Assembly: GCA_963575745.1 (NCBI GenBank)
Contig: CAUYUJ010000004.1
Span: forward strand, 310,001-374,000
Direction of reading: 5' to 3'
Origin: Prorocentrum cordatum
Taxonomy: Eukaryota
DNA length: 64,000 bases
Below, piece by piece: positions 39,771 to 50,329 of the stretch. Position 1 is the first letter of the stretch. Each line of letters opens with the position of its first letter. The translations under genes were made by a program, and so were the position numbers. Below the pieces are notes generated by a model. The model had not been told where the DNA came from. It did no database searches and worked only from the letters and a program-made list of their open reading frames with translations.

Positions 39771-42700
39771 GCGACGACGAGGACGACGGCGGCAGCGGCG
39801 GCGGCGACGCCGCCGCCGCCGACCTCCGGAGCCCTCCGACGACGACGACGGCGGTGGTGGCGACTACAACGACTTCTGGAGCTCTCCTGGAGCACCAGGG
39901 TGCCACGCCACGCACGCCACACCCACAGCACCACACTACATCCACAGGGGGGCGGGGGGGGAGGCATCGCGCGCGGGGGGGGGGGCCGATGGCATCAGCA
40001 TGAGGTGGGGGTGGCCCAGACCCTGGACCATATACATACATACATACATACAGACAGAAAGACAGACAGACATACATACATGTAAACACATGTATACAGA
40101 CATACGTGCATGCATGCATACATACATACACACATACACACACTCTCTCACACACACCCACACACACAGAGACGGACAGGCACACAACACACAAAGACAC
40201 ACACGCACACACACGCACACACACACACACGCATGCGCGCATGCACGCACACACGCACACACACATACACAACACACACGACACACACACACACACACCG
40301 CACGCGCCCGCACACTCACACGTACACGCACGCGCGCACACACATACGCACACGCATTCGCACACGCACGCGCAAATACACACACCAACCGCCGCAAGCG
40401 AGTTGGCGGATCACAATAGCCCTCACAATACGGCTGATATGAGTGCGGCCCATCTCGGCTTCTGAGCGTACGAAGGTAACTATCATAGCGTTTGTGTTTG
40501 ACGCCCTGTGTTCGGGCTCTCGGGCTGACGCCGATCATGTAGCATGGATGTGTTGTTGGATTTTCTCTATGTGATGTCTTCCCTGTTTTTCGCCTTCTAT
40601 TTTGGTCTGCTTCCCATCCCGCTACCTCCCCCATCCATCTTGCATCATGACCACGACGCAGAGCTAGTGGATTTCCCTATCAGTTTGCGCGTTTGGCTCT
40701 ACGGCGCCCCCGCTCGACCGTGCTCCGACGCGTATGTGAGCGTCCATCCATCAAGCGATTGTATGAACACCTCGCTGCAGGCATAACACGCGCGATCAAA
40801 CGTGAAACGATGTCACAGGGCTATTGATATATGATATTGTTTTCAGTCTTCCACCGTACCGAAAGGGCGGTGACCGAGGCCGAAGGAAAGCATGTGGAAG
40901 GTGCCGGACACCCTGGACGGCAGGGTGGGCGTCATTGGCAGCGGGAAGGACACGGCCCCGTCCGCGACCCGTCGGAACGCGCCAGTGGGAGCATCCTCTA
41001 CGAATGAGTGCGGCTGTTTGCGACCCCCTCCGCACCACCAGTCTCGATGATTCGAGGGGGGCGTTGGGGTGTGTCGTCGGGGTGCGGCGTGCGGGGTATT
41101 CTCTTACTCCCTCGGAGTATCCCCCACCCCTTCAGATCAAAATGGCACCGCTGCGGCAGAAATTCGTAGCACCCCGCAATTGCGGATAAGAGTGAGGGGG
41201 CGGGCGCGGGCGACGCGGGCGTCGAGCGGGCGGACCTCGTGGCCCTCACGAATGCAAAAGTAACCTGGAACGAATGCAAAAGAAGCCCGCCGCAGGCGCC
41301 GAAAATTTGGGGTGGGTCGCCGGGTGGGTCGCGGGTGGGTCGCGGGTGGGTCGCGGTGGGTCGCGGGGGGGTCGCGGGTGGGTCACGGGTGGTCGCGGGG
41401 TGGGTCGCGGGTGGGTCTCGGGGTGGGTCGTCGGAGGGTCGCGGGTGGGTCGCCGATGCAAAAGAAACTCGCCGCAGGCGTCGAATTTGTGGCTTCTTCA
41501 GTGAACGTAGTTTGGGTTGCGGGTGGGTCGCGGGCTCCCCACCTCCACCTGGAAGGAATTCAAAAACAGCCCGCCGCAGGCACCGAAAATTTTGATTTGT
41601 ACACTGAACGCGGTTTGGGTCGCGGGTGGGTCGCAGGTTCTCCACCTGGAACGACCTGGAACGAATGCAAAAGAAACCCGCTGCAGGCGCCGAAAATTTT
41701 GGGTGGGTCGCGGGGTGGGTCGCGGGTGGGTCGCGGGTGGGTCGCGCGGTGGGTCGCGGGTGGGTCGCGGGTGGGTCGCGGGTGGGTCGCGGGGTGGGTC
41801 GCGGGATGGTCGCGGGTGGGTCGCTGGTGGGTCGCGGGTGGGTCGCCGGTGGGTCGCGGGTGGGTCGCCGGGGGGGTGTCGGGGTGGGTCGCGGGCGGGT
41901 CACCGGAGGGTCGCGGGTGGGTCGCTGAGGCCCCCGAAGGAGTCTTGGGGAATATTGAGGCCTCCTGACATATTTTGAAACATATGATCCTTCCAAAGGA
42001 ACCTTCGGTGTCTTATGGGATCCTGAGAAATCCTTGCGAATCATAAGGGGTCCCCGAGGGATCCCGAAGAATCTTTTGGAATCGGATGAAGCTTGAAGGG
42101 CCCTGAGAGATCTTGAGGGAACCTAAGGCACTTTAAGGAATTAGGCTTTCGTTTGAACAGCAGGTTTTCCCACCTCCCACAGCCCCCCGTCTGCTCGTCC
42201 CTCGCCTGTCTTCTCCTTCCCCCTTCCGCTGCCGTCTGCTCGCGGCTCGTTGCGAGCCTTGGATTTACTTCTTGGGGCGGGCGGGCGGGGCCGCCTGCGG
42301 CGCAACCAGGCAGTCTGAGGAGTGCTGAGTAGTGGCTGGGCCAAGCCCCCCCTCCAGCGCTGGAGGGGGCTCCGGAGGAGGGCCCCGCGGCCCGCGGCGG
42401 ACGCCTCGGCAGGGCGCCCGCGGCCCGAGGGAGGCAAAGGCAGCAGTGAGGTGCCAGCGATGCGGCGCGTCACCCTGGAGCGCATCATCTCCACTGCGCT
42501 GGCGGCCGCGCTCGGGTGGCTAGGTGACTCCCCGGGCGTAGGGCGTAAGGCTGTCGGCTGCCATCTCAGCCTCCGCCAGCTATGTGCCAGCGCCGAGCGA
42601 GGGCCGCGCGCGGGACGAGCCAGACGCCGCTAGCGACGCCGGCGCGGAGGAGGCGCGCGGGAGTCGCGCCGACTTCGAAGCGCTTTTGCCGCGGCGCGAG

Positions 42701-45700
42701 CTGCGCAGAGAAGGCCGCGGAAGGCCAGCCAGCCGACCCCGCGCTGCCCGCAGATGCGGGGCAGTCGGAGGAGGCGGCGGCGCCGCGGCTTGAGGCGCCC
42801 CCGACCGCGAGCCCGCCGCCAGCCGTGGCCGGTTCGGGCGGGCGCGCCACCAGCCACGAGAAGCACTATTACGTCGCGCAACGCTGCGAAGACGGGGCGG
42901 CGCCGAGCCCGCCCCCGGCAGAGCAGCCCGCGGCGCCAGCTGCGCCCGGATCGCTGCGCGAGGAGGGGGCGATGCCGAGAGAGCCAGAACGGCCGCGGGC
43001 GGGCGAGCAGCAGCCGCCCGGCCGTGGCTGCGCCTCGATTGACGGGCAACGCCGCCCGCGCACAGCGCGCGCCGGCGCCGCGGCCGGCGCCGGGGAAGCC
43101 GCCGGCTGGAGGAGGCGAGGGCGCGGCCGCTAAGGATGCGCCTCCACCTCCAGGCCGCCCCGCCGACGCCGTGCCAAGGATGGTCAACGCCGAGCCGGGC
43201 GGGCTTGCATTCGTCGGCGCATGGTTCGAGGCGGCGCTCATGTGGCTGGGCGAGAAGGTCGGGCGCGCGCTGGGTGCCGTGCTCCACCGGGCGCTCGCAT
43301 TCCTAATTTGGTGAGCGCTATGGGTCACTGCATATGTGGCCGCTACTGGGCGCGGCTCCACTGGCTCGCCCTGAGCGTGGCTGCTGCGGGAGTGATCGCC
43401 CTCCTCGGCTCCATGATCAGCCTCGTCTCTTGGGCCCGGCGCACGGCCTGGGCGTGCGCGGCTCCGTCGAAGGCCGCGAGGCGGGCCACGACGTGCAGGT
43501 CGCCTTGGACGGTGAGCCAAGCGCTGTCCTGAGCTGGCGCGGCCCAGAGGAGGTCGAAGCCGTTTACGCAGACTGCGTCGAGGATGCGGCGAGGGCGAGA
43601 AGAGGCAGCTCGGAGAACATGACGCCCGACGACCTCATCATCAAGTCGGGCGGGGCGGTCGCGAGGCTGGAGCAGGGGCTCATCAATTGCGGCCGCGTCG
43701 CCCGCAATGGGCACGTCCACCGCTTCGCGGAGGTCAAGGGCAGCTCGCGCTGGCACCTGGAGGCCGACCTGGAGGCTGCGCGAGATGGCGACGGGATTAG
43801 CCTGGTGCAATTGTGCTTTGCGACGCCGTGCGCATTGCCTCCAGAAGACAGGCCCATGGCCCATGTGGGCGCGTCGTGCGTCGTCGGCCACACCTCCGCG
43901 ATCGACGCGTCGGACTTGGCCAAGCTCGCGCCCGCTGGGCGAGCCAGGACGGGGGGCCAATCATGCTGCTCTTGGATGTCGGGGAATGTCGGGGCTCGCT
44001 AGGAGAGCATGCGGGCGCTGTGCATCTCGGAGATGGAGGCGCCCGCGCCCGGGCGACGGCTCGGCCGAGGCTGTAGCGATGGGCCCCAACTCGGAGACGG
44101 AGTCTGAGCCGAGCGTGGACGCGTGCGAGGCAGACAGGGCCGCATTCCGGACGACCGGGCGCGCGCAGGTGCTGCGCGCCAAGGGTTGTCGGGGCTCGGC
44201 GAGGAGGGGGCCCGCGCTGGTGCCGGTTGACGACGCCGCCATCTCCGACGCGCGCGAGTCTCCGGAGGTGAATGGCGCTCGCTCGCTCAGGGCCTGCCCG
44301 TTCCACGCAGTCTTAAAATGCTCAAAAGGCCCAAGCAGCTCGGAGGAAGTGCGCCTGTTCCAACTGCTTCCGCGAGGAGACCTCCGAGAAGGACGGCTTC
44401 CCTCTCTGCGTTGCGCACGCTGCGCGGGGCCCCTTGGTCGATTCGGCCGCGGTTGGCGAGCTTGCTGCGGCCCCCCATCCAAGTTAGCGGGCCTTTCCCG
44501 AGGCACGGGCGACGACGGCCCCAGGGCGGGCGTGGAGGCGGTCGGGCTAACCTCGCACCCGTCGAAAACCAGCGACGGCGCGAACTACGAGGGCAACGGT
44601 CTCAGCTGCGCGACTGCGGCCGCGATCGTACGCGACGGGGGCCGACGCCGCCTGGCGAGGCGAGCGAGAACCAGAAGCAGGGGCGCCGCGCCGACCAGGG
44701 AGAGCGCAAAAGGCGACCTCGACGAGGCTAAGGCGAGCCAGAGCGACGGATGAGGCGCAGCGCCGAGCAGACCCGAGGGCCGTGCTCATCGAGGGGTACT
44801 TGCTTAGGACGGCCGAGGGCCAGTCTAATGAGAACGCGAGGTGGCCATGGCGGCCGGCGCAGGCGCGGGCCCCCTCGAGTTCTCGGCGGAGCTCATTGAG
44901 GCCGCGGACGCACCGCTCGAGGGAATGGTCAGCGATATCGGGCTGAGCCTTCTCCAAGGGCGCCAGGCAGCCCGGCGCAATGAGCTCGAGCGACGAGGAG
45001 GGCCGCGCTCAGGAGGCGTTCTGGAGCATCGTGAGGCAGCGCCGGTTCCCCTTCTGCCTGCAGCAGCCCCCCCGCCGGCAGCGGCGCCTCCGCCCCCGGC
45101 GTCGCCCGCGGGGCGGGGCTTCGTCGGGTTCAGCCAAAGGCCCGCCGCTGGACCATCGCCGCCTCGCAGAGACCTTTCCTTTTCCCCGGGGCGAGTAGCG
45201 CGGGGGCGTCGGCGCCTTGGGGGCGCGAGGGCACGAGATCATTCGTCGAAGCTGCTACGAGGCTTCGGGAGTGGCCCGCAGGGGCGTCGCCCATGCCCAT
45301 GGGGGAGAGGACGTTCGCGGGGCCGCAGCCCGCCGCCGAGATCGGCGTGGGCCTGGGAAAGTTGGCGCGCGAGCTGGGGGGGGCCAACGGGCGCTGAGAG
45401 GAGTCAGGAGGCACGGCCACGGGCACGCTGGCGAGCATCGGGCGGGCTGAGGAGCAGCTCGTCTACCCGGCGCGCGGCTGCGACAGTTTCCGCGCGACGC
45501 CCTGCCCGGGTCTGCTGGGTAAAGACGCGCTTCATGGGCTGAGGTCGGCGGGGCAGAACGCGCGCCCGCTCTTCCGGCCCATCGAGTTCCTGGTGAACAT
45601 CACCAATGCTATTGCGCACGGGCTCGCGGCCTTCCACCACGGGGGACGCTGCCGCCCTGACTATCACCTGCGCCAGCATCCTAAGACGTCGGAGGCGGAC

Positions 45701-48700
45701 ATGGGCAATTTCGCACCGCCCGAGGACTACAAGCTGGAGACTAAGCCGAGGCGCGCCACGACGGCGCAGCAGTGGATCCAGGACGCTAAAAGGGAGTCGT
45801 GGGCTTGGGCGCGCTTCTATGGCCAGGAACATTACAAGTCACAGGTGGACGCCGCTGAAGCCCTCCTGAAGCTCAATGACGAGGCTACGCGTGGCCGCCC
45901 CAAGTGATCTTCAGCGTCTGGTGCGAGGTCGGGGGCAGGTGGCGCGAGGAGCTCAGGATGCTGCGTTCGCGTCTGCTCGAGCTGTTGGCGGACAACAACC
46001 CGAGCTGGGATGGGATCAGGTTCGCGTGCCAGGCGCCGAGGGGCCCGGGGGGGCCCTCGGCGGGGCTCAGGATGCCTCGCGCCTTTTCCTTGGATGACCC
46101 CACCCAGTTCTTCATGACGGACATGAAGGTCAGGCGCCGCCACAAGCGCCACAATCTGCAGAGGTCGCAGTGGCAGATGGCGCCGCGCTCGCCCGCTGCG
46201 CAGCCGCGCCCGCGGCTGGCGGGTTCGGGGCGCCCGAAAGCAGGGGCGGGAGGTGGCGGAGGTGGCCGGGGAGGTGGAGGCGGAGGAGGGGCCCGGGAGG
46301 GAGGCGGCCAAGGCGGCGCTGGGCATTGGGGCAAAGCCCTCACGCGCAATGAGCATGGCCGCAGCCTTGACCGCCGCCCCAAGGCGCCCACCAGCGGCCG
46401 CACTATCTGCTGGGATAATTCGAGCTGGAAAGGCTGCCGCCTCTCTACCTGCCCCCACTCGCTCATTGGCAAGGTCGGCCTCCTGGACAAGTAGGCGCAG
46501 ATGCAGCTCATCAGGCGAGGCGGCATCAAGGGCGGCCCGAAGGTCGGCTCGCATGAGGAGTCAGTGCGCGCGTTGGTGGACGAGAGCATGGCGGTGATGA
46601 GCAAGGCTACGCGCGGCGCTGTGGTGGCTTCGTCGGCGGCGTGCCTCGCGAAACTGGAAGGGATCATATCGCATATTGCATCACCCATGCCGCCAGCTTC
46701 GCCGTCACCCATGAGTGGGATTGCCTCACCGCTGCCACCTTCCTCGCCTGCTCCTGGCAGTGTCGATTCGTCCGAGGCCACAGTTCGCCAGGTTGCGTCT
46801 TGTACCCGTCAGCCTGTTGTGTGTGCGTGTGTGTGTGTGTGCGTGGGCCCTTCACGAATTTGTGGGCGGACCCTCTTCCTTGGCAGCCCGCCCTCGTTTT
46901 CCCGTGCGAGATCTCGACGATGAGGTTGATGGGCCTTCTGATGAAGAGTGCGAGGAGTGTGGAGGAGTGAAGAATATGCAACCGAGTCTTTTCACCTGCC
47001 AGCGCAACGGGCCCGAGCCGAACTGGACCCAATCGTGCTCTGGATCTTGGACGCTCTGTTAGTCGGCTCCTCGGTGGCCTTCTTGAGGGACTCGCTCGTG
47101 GCTGCCTTAGTGGACTTCTTGTCTTCCCCCTACCTTGTGCTGGTCTGGGTCCTCCTGGTCCTCTGCTACCTGCGGCGCCTCCCTGTATGCTTCGCTATTC
47201 GGGTGGTTTTCGCCATCCGCGGTTCCGGTTCACTCTCACTCCGTGGGTGACGGGTTCGAGCAGATTACCAGGACATCGAACCTTCCTTGCGCTGGGCTCT
47301 TTTCCTCCTCCTCCTCCTCCTCCTCCTTTCCTCCTCCTCCTCCTGCTCGCCCGCCTCCTCTTCCATTCCTTCTGCTTATACATAACTTCTCCTTGTCGAA
47401 CCCAGCGACCCGTCGAAAGGGCGGGCGGGGCTTTTAGCTAGAGACTTCCTCACCACTGATGATGATCCTGAAGATCTTTAAGGTTGGCAACAGTTTCACA
47501 TGTGGAGGGCGGGTGGTTTCCAATATGCCCCTGTCGCACCAGCGCCGCGCACGTTCGCTCCAAACATGTGCAAAAATTCCACGAATTGAGGGCGTGTGTT
47601 TTTTTAATGTGGATCTCGCATTCGTGCAGCGCACCCCCGTTTTTCCTTGCAAGAGGTTCACGGATTGAGGGCGGGTCGTTTTCAACATGTGGCTCTCGCC
47701 TTGGCGCCGCGCACGTTCGTTGTAAACATGTGCAAGAACTTCACGGATTGAGGGCGGTTTTTTTTCAAAATGTGGCTCTCGCCTTGGCGCCGAGCGCACT
47801 CGTCTTAAACATCCGCAAGACTTTCAAGGATTGAGAGCGGTTCCTTTTCAAAACGTTGTTCTCGCCTTCGCGCCACGCACATTGGTTTTAAACATGTTCA
47901 AAAGCATTGGTTCTCATGGCTGATGTACCAGAAGTGGTGCTGTGGAGCGATTCAGGGATGTCAGGGCGCAACACTTACGCTGATTCGCGGCGTCGAAGTC
48001 CCACGACTGGTGTGCTGGCACGATTCAGGATCGCCACGACGTGCCAGTCAGGCTAACTCGTGTTGTTGAAGTCCTGAGAATGGTGTTTGGGTACGCTTCA
48101 GGACTTTCACACGGTTGTCCCCCTTCGGGGCTATTCCCTCAGTGGAAATGAATTTTTGTAGGGGCCTCTGAAGAGAGACCTCGGAGGGAGGGTGTATTCC
48201 TACATCGTTGGTGAGTCTTGGGTTTACGTTGGTCCTCCTCCTCCTCCTCCGCCTCCTCCTCCTCTTCGTCCTCCTCGTCCTCCTCCCCCGCCTCCTGCTG
48301 CAGGGGACGACTCTTCCCCCTGATGTTTCTGCTGCTGCTGCTGCTACTGCTGCTCCTCCCCTCCTCCTCCTCGTCTTCCTCCTCCTCCTCCTCCTCCTCC
48401 TCCTTCTCCTCCTCCTCCACCTCCTCCTCCTCCTCCTCCTCCTCCTCCTCCTCCTCCTCCTCCCCTCTTTACCCCTGCGCGCCCCTCCCCCTCTCCAGAG
48501 CGAGCGCCGCGCCTGTGAGCGGAGCCTCCCAGGCGACGGCGGCAATGACGACGGGGACGGCGCCGAAAAAGTGTGTTCCTCGTGCGAGGCGTTACGAGGT
48601 GCTGGACGTCCTGCTCCGGGCGAGGGACGCGTCGCCATCTGGACGCACAGCCCAGGTGCGCAAGAGCATGACGATAGTCGCACGCCCAGCGGCAGCCTGG

Positions 48701-49469
48701 GAGGACTTCGCGCGAGCTGTGATGACTAGGCAATGTCGAGCTATGTGACCTGTCCTCGTGTGCATTTCAAGGCTTTCGTTGCCCTCCAGTGCCCAGAGGC
48801 GCCGCCAATCGCGTAGCAAGAACCGCGCCGATGCGACGCATCTGCGTCGCCTCCGCGTGAGACCCCCGCACGCGCGCGTGTCCAGTCGCGCAATGCGGCG
48901 CCACCCCGGTCGCGGAGCGAGACCGCCCTCCAATCGCGGAGCGAGACCCCGGCGGATGCGACGCATGACGCTCCCCCCTCCCCCCTTTGGAATGAGGGCC
49001 GCGCGGGGGCGCAGGCGGGGCAGCTGTTGAAGGTGGGGGGGGGCTGGGATCCGGGTCTGGCGCGAACAGGCGCTTGAGCAGCCCACGCCGGACAGTCCTG
49101 ATGACGTGGCGGGGTGCGCGCGCGCGATGCCAGGAACATATCATTCATTCCCCCGGCCTCTCTGTTTTCTTGTTTTTTGCTTCTCGGGCGTCGTCCAGAG
49201 ACGCGGCGAAACGCGTGAGCGGGCGCGGTTTTGTTGCTGCTGCTCCTCCCTTTCTCCTTTCCCCTCCTCCTCCTCCTCCTCCTCCTCCTCCTCCTCCTCT
49301 TCCTCCTCCTCCTCCTCCTCCTCCTTTTCCTCCTTCTCCTCCCCCTCCCTCCTCCTCCCCCTCCTCCTCCTCCTCCTCCTCCTCCTCCTCCTCCTCCTCC
49401 TCCTCCTCCTCCCCCGAGGAGATGACCCCGTTCCAGGAGGCGAAGAAGTTCACCTACCAGTACGTCTGA
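1700..49469 (+). CDS. SMNDC1: Survival-of-motor-neuron-related splicing factor 30 (SPF30/SMNDC1-like), 5'-partial; join(1700..1821,7228..7276,7993..8058,16415..16495,22798..22833,35780..35820,40879..40948,49419..49469)
   Basis: Exons splice in frame (516 nt) to [171 protein letters not shown]. This is a Tudor domain followed by the SPF30 C-terminal motifs (IP..D..AKKRKI.A.K; WQ.F; GF..G..KES..K.P...GRVGV.GSGK.MT.F). N-terminal exons were not found in the window. Confidence 0.9.
2300..2575 (+). mobile_element. Probable 3' fragment of another non-LTR element (Cys-rich C-terminus plus tandem tail)
   Basis: [12 protein letters not shown]...SKCAG...RGRHPKTG* followed by a tandem duplication of agatttcggtgtaccggtccatccgtgc. 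Confidence 0.4.
3050..5930 (+). mobile_element. Degenerate non-LTR retrotransposon (LINE) ORF2 relic: RT plus C-terminal zinc motif
   Basis: Frameshifted motifs in correct order: [57 protein letters not shown] (YADD site), [25 protein letters not shown]. Flanked by (CCT)n on both sides. Confidence 0.85.
7228..7276 (+). CDS. SMNDC1: SPF30 exon (R)[16 protein letters not shown]
   Basis: cccag|G...GAG|gc. Supplies the phase 2 to phase 0 link needed between the flanking exons. Confidence 0.8.
7993..8058 (+). CDS. SMNDC1: SPF30 exon [22 protein letters not shown]
   Basis: gaag|GTC...GAG|gc; 22 codons. Confidence 0.85.
11635..12133 (+). repeat. Tandem repeat, 73 bp unit, about 7 copies
   Basis: cacttcgtgctcttcgagttcccagaactccattcccgggccacatt... 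recurs at 11791, 11864, 11937, 12010. Confidence 0.9.
13133..14379 (+). mobile_element. Non-autonomous Helentron/HINE (DINE-1-like) element with internal cttgggg-type repeats
   Basis: 5' subTIR ccgccgaccctg (13157-13168) is inverse to cagggtcggcgg (14365-14376). 3' hairpin cgccgac-agg-gtcggcg (14359-14375). Inserted at a T-run inside a foldback satellite unit with no clear TSD. Confidence 0.7.
16415..16495 (+). CDS. SMNDC1: SPF30 exon [27 protein letters not shown]
   Basis: cgcag|GTC...AAG|gc; 27 codons; conserved KKRKI.AIK.QQR motif. Confidence 0.88.
18330..19245 (+). mobile_element. Ty1/copia-type pol fragment (integrase C-terminal region, possible RNase H remnant)
   Basis: Frameshifted [28 protein letters not shown]...[13 protein letters not shown] resembles the post-integrase RP..F..G.WV.FWR..W.GPA.V motif of dinoflagellate copia elements. 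LRRVVRD occurs further on. Confidence 0.55.
19250..19850 (+). repeat. Partial copy of the cttgggg (HINE-internal) repeat family
   Basis: Shares ccgttcgggtcccc, ggagccgtcttggggg and acagatcg.tcggcgattcgg with 13400-14050. Confidence 0.75.
20860..21365 (+). repeat. Interspersed element; inverted copy at about 36015-36900
   Basis: ggtcggctatgacacgcggccgcggataga and gctgcagcgtgg...gcgctgtgctcccgtcg appear reverse-complemented at 36018-36050 and 36720-36790. Confidence 0.65.
21640..22130 (+). repeat. Tandem repeat, about 100 bp unit, 4-5 copies
   Basis: ctcatctga..tgaataggacgtc...ggacctcccaggagcccac...gtggcg recurs. Confidence 0.8.
22798..22833 (+). CDS. SMNDC1: SPF30 exon [12 protein letters not shown]
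   Basis: gccag|AAG...AAG|gc; conserved WQ.F motif. The exact acceptor is ambiguous (CAG AAG CAG). Confidence 0.85.
23109..25596 (+). repeat. Three head-to-tail near-identical ~830-840 bp units separated by short (ctccta)n linkers
   Basis: Starts at ccttattagaatatactcc (23109, 23938, 24779); each ends gagctggctagcttga. Each unit contains an internal ~120 bp duplication. Confidence 0.9.
25597..29676 (+). repeat. About 4 kb compound (CTA)n/(CTCCTA)n microsatellite with a duplicated pyrimidine block and a poly-T island
   Basis: Direct inspection; the block at 28520-28650 is repeated at 29505-29645; T-run at about 29150-29195. Confidence 0.95.
29777..34459 (+). CDS. Unknown large protein (at least 887 aa, 5' end lost in N-gap) nested in SPF30 intron 5; join(<29777..30547,30804..31520,31705..32166,32360..32511,33063..33117,33359..33460,33789..33891,34158..34459)
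   Basis: Stop-free, high-complexity reading frames with G/C-ending codons, bounded by AG|G acceptors and GC/GT/GA donors with compatible phases. Introns are (GGA)n/(CCT)n tracts or MITE-filled. The last two boundaries are less certain. The C-terminus is Ala-rich with the basic NLS-like stretch PRKRQRR...KRAR. Confidence 0.7.
30574..30770. mobile_element. 197 bp MITE with 34 bp TIRs (TG...CA) and 5 bp TSD TAAGT
   Basis: tgacgaaccaacaacacacacccatacccatagg (30574-30607) versus cctatgggtatgggtgtgtgttgttcgttcgtca (30737-30770), 1 mismatch. taagt at 30569-30573 and 30771-30775. Confidence 0.88.
35269..35570 (+). repeat. GC-rich ~22 bp tandem repeat (ggggccgcgggggcgttgtcag)
   Basis: About 13 degenerate copies, lying between the nested gene and the (CCT)n tract before SPF30 exon 6. 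Confidence 0.85.
35780..35820 (+). CDS. SMNDC1: SPF30 exon [13 protein letters not shown](R)
   Basis: tcgag|GCG...AAGCG|gc; phase 2 end matches the next exon. Confidence 0.82.
37323..37462 (+). pseudogene. Orphan PPR module: one full motif plus a frameshifted start of a second
   Basis: [34 protein letters not shown], then after a frameshift [11 protein letters not shown]. Matches the Y.A.ISAC.KG.QWQ.AL.LL.EM PPR consensus. Confidence 0.75.
40879..40948 (+). CDS. SMNDC1: SPF30 exon (R)[23 protein letters not shown]
   Basis: ccgag|G...AAG|ga (GA donor); hallmark GRVGV.GSGK motif. Confidence 0.9.
41255..41925 (+). repeat. Bipartite G-rich repeat (gggtgggtcgc)n with a duplicated spacer
   Basis: Two arrays of an 11 bp unit, each preceded by acctggaacgaatgcaaaagaa.ccc..cgcaggcgccgaaaattt. 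Confidence 0.85.
42460..46800 (+). mobile_element. Degenerate gag-like ORF of a probable DIRS/YR-type retroelement (no RT or YR seen)
   Basis: Long frameshifted coding-like stretch ([30 protein letters not shown], Gly-rich linker) ending in a CCCH-like finger [18 protein letters not shown]. The family assignment is from recollection of similar dinoflagellate repeat proteins, not a search. Confidence 0.5.
47440..48235 (-). repeat. Inverted relative of the 700-1390 repeat
   Basis: Reverse-complement similarity including ctcgccttggcgccgcgcac subrepeats. Confidence 0.65.
49419..49469 (+). CDS. SMNDC1: SPF30 terminal exon [16 protein letters not shown]
   Basis: ccgag|GAG ATG...TGA; MT.F motif that follows GSGK in SPF30 proteins. 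Confidence 0.85.
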   Translation, partial: EMTPFQEAKKFTYQYV

Positions 49470-49569
49470 GCGCCCGCGCGCCGCGCCCCCCGCCCCGACC
49501 TTGTGCGGCGCGTATGACTCCCGACAAAACGGCGCGCCCTCGGCGGGAACTTCGCGCGCGCAGGGGCGG

Positions 49570-50298
49570 TGGAGCAGGCGGGGGGAGGAGGGGGAGGGGG
49601 AAGAGGAGGGGGGAGGGGGAAGAGGAGGGGGATGGGGAGGGGGAGGAGGGTGAGGGTGAGGGGGAAGAGGAGGGGGAGGGGGAAGAGGAGGGGGATGGGG
49701 AGGGGGGAGGAGGGTGAGGAGGGGGAGGAGGGTGAGGGTGGGGGGGGGGGGGGGAGAGGGGGGGGAGGGGGGAGGGGGGAGGAGGGTGAGGGGGGAGGAG
49801 GAGGGGGAGGAGGGGGAGGGGGAGGGGGAGGGGGGAAGCGGAGGGGGAGGGGGAGGCACCAGGTCGCGCGCGCCCCTCTTCGGCGGCGTGACCAAGGACC
49901 AGGCCCGCGGCCACATTCGAGGATGGGGAAGGGGAGGTGCTGCCCGACCAGGGGCTGGACTGGAGAAAGAGGAGAGGAGGAGGAGGAGAGAGGAGGAGGA
50001 GGAGGAGGAGGAGGAGGAGGAGGAGGGAGGAGGAGGAGGAGGAGGAGGAGGAGGAGGAGGAGGAGGAGGAGGAGGAGGAGGAGGAGGAGGAGGAGGAGGA
50101 GGAGGAGGAGGAGGAGGAGGAGGAGGAGGAGGAGGAGGAGGAGGAGGAGGAGGAGGAGGAGGGAGGAGGAGGAGGAGGAGGAGGAGGAGGAGGAGGAGGA
50201 GGAGGAGGAGGAGGAGGAGGAGGAGGAGGAGGAGGAGGAGGAGGAGGAGGGGAGGAGGAGGAGGAGGAGGAGGAGGAGGAGGAGGAGGGAGGAGGAGG

Positions 50299-50329
<31 letters not shown>

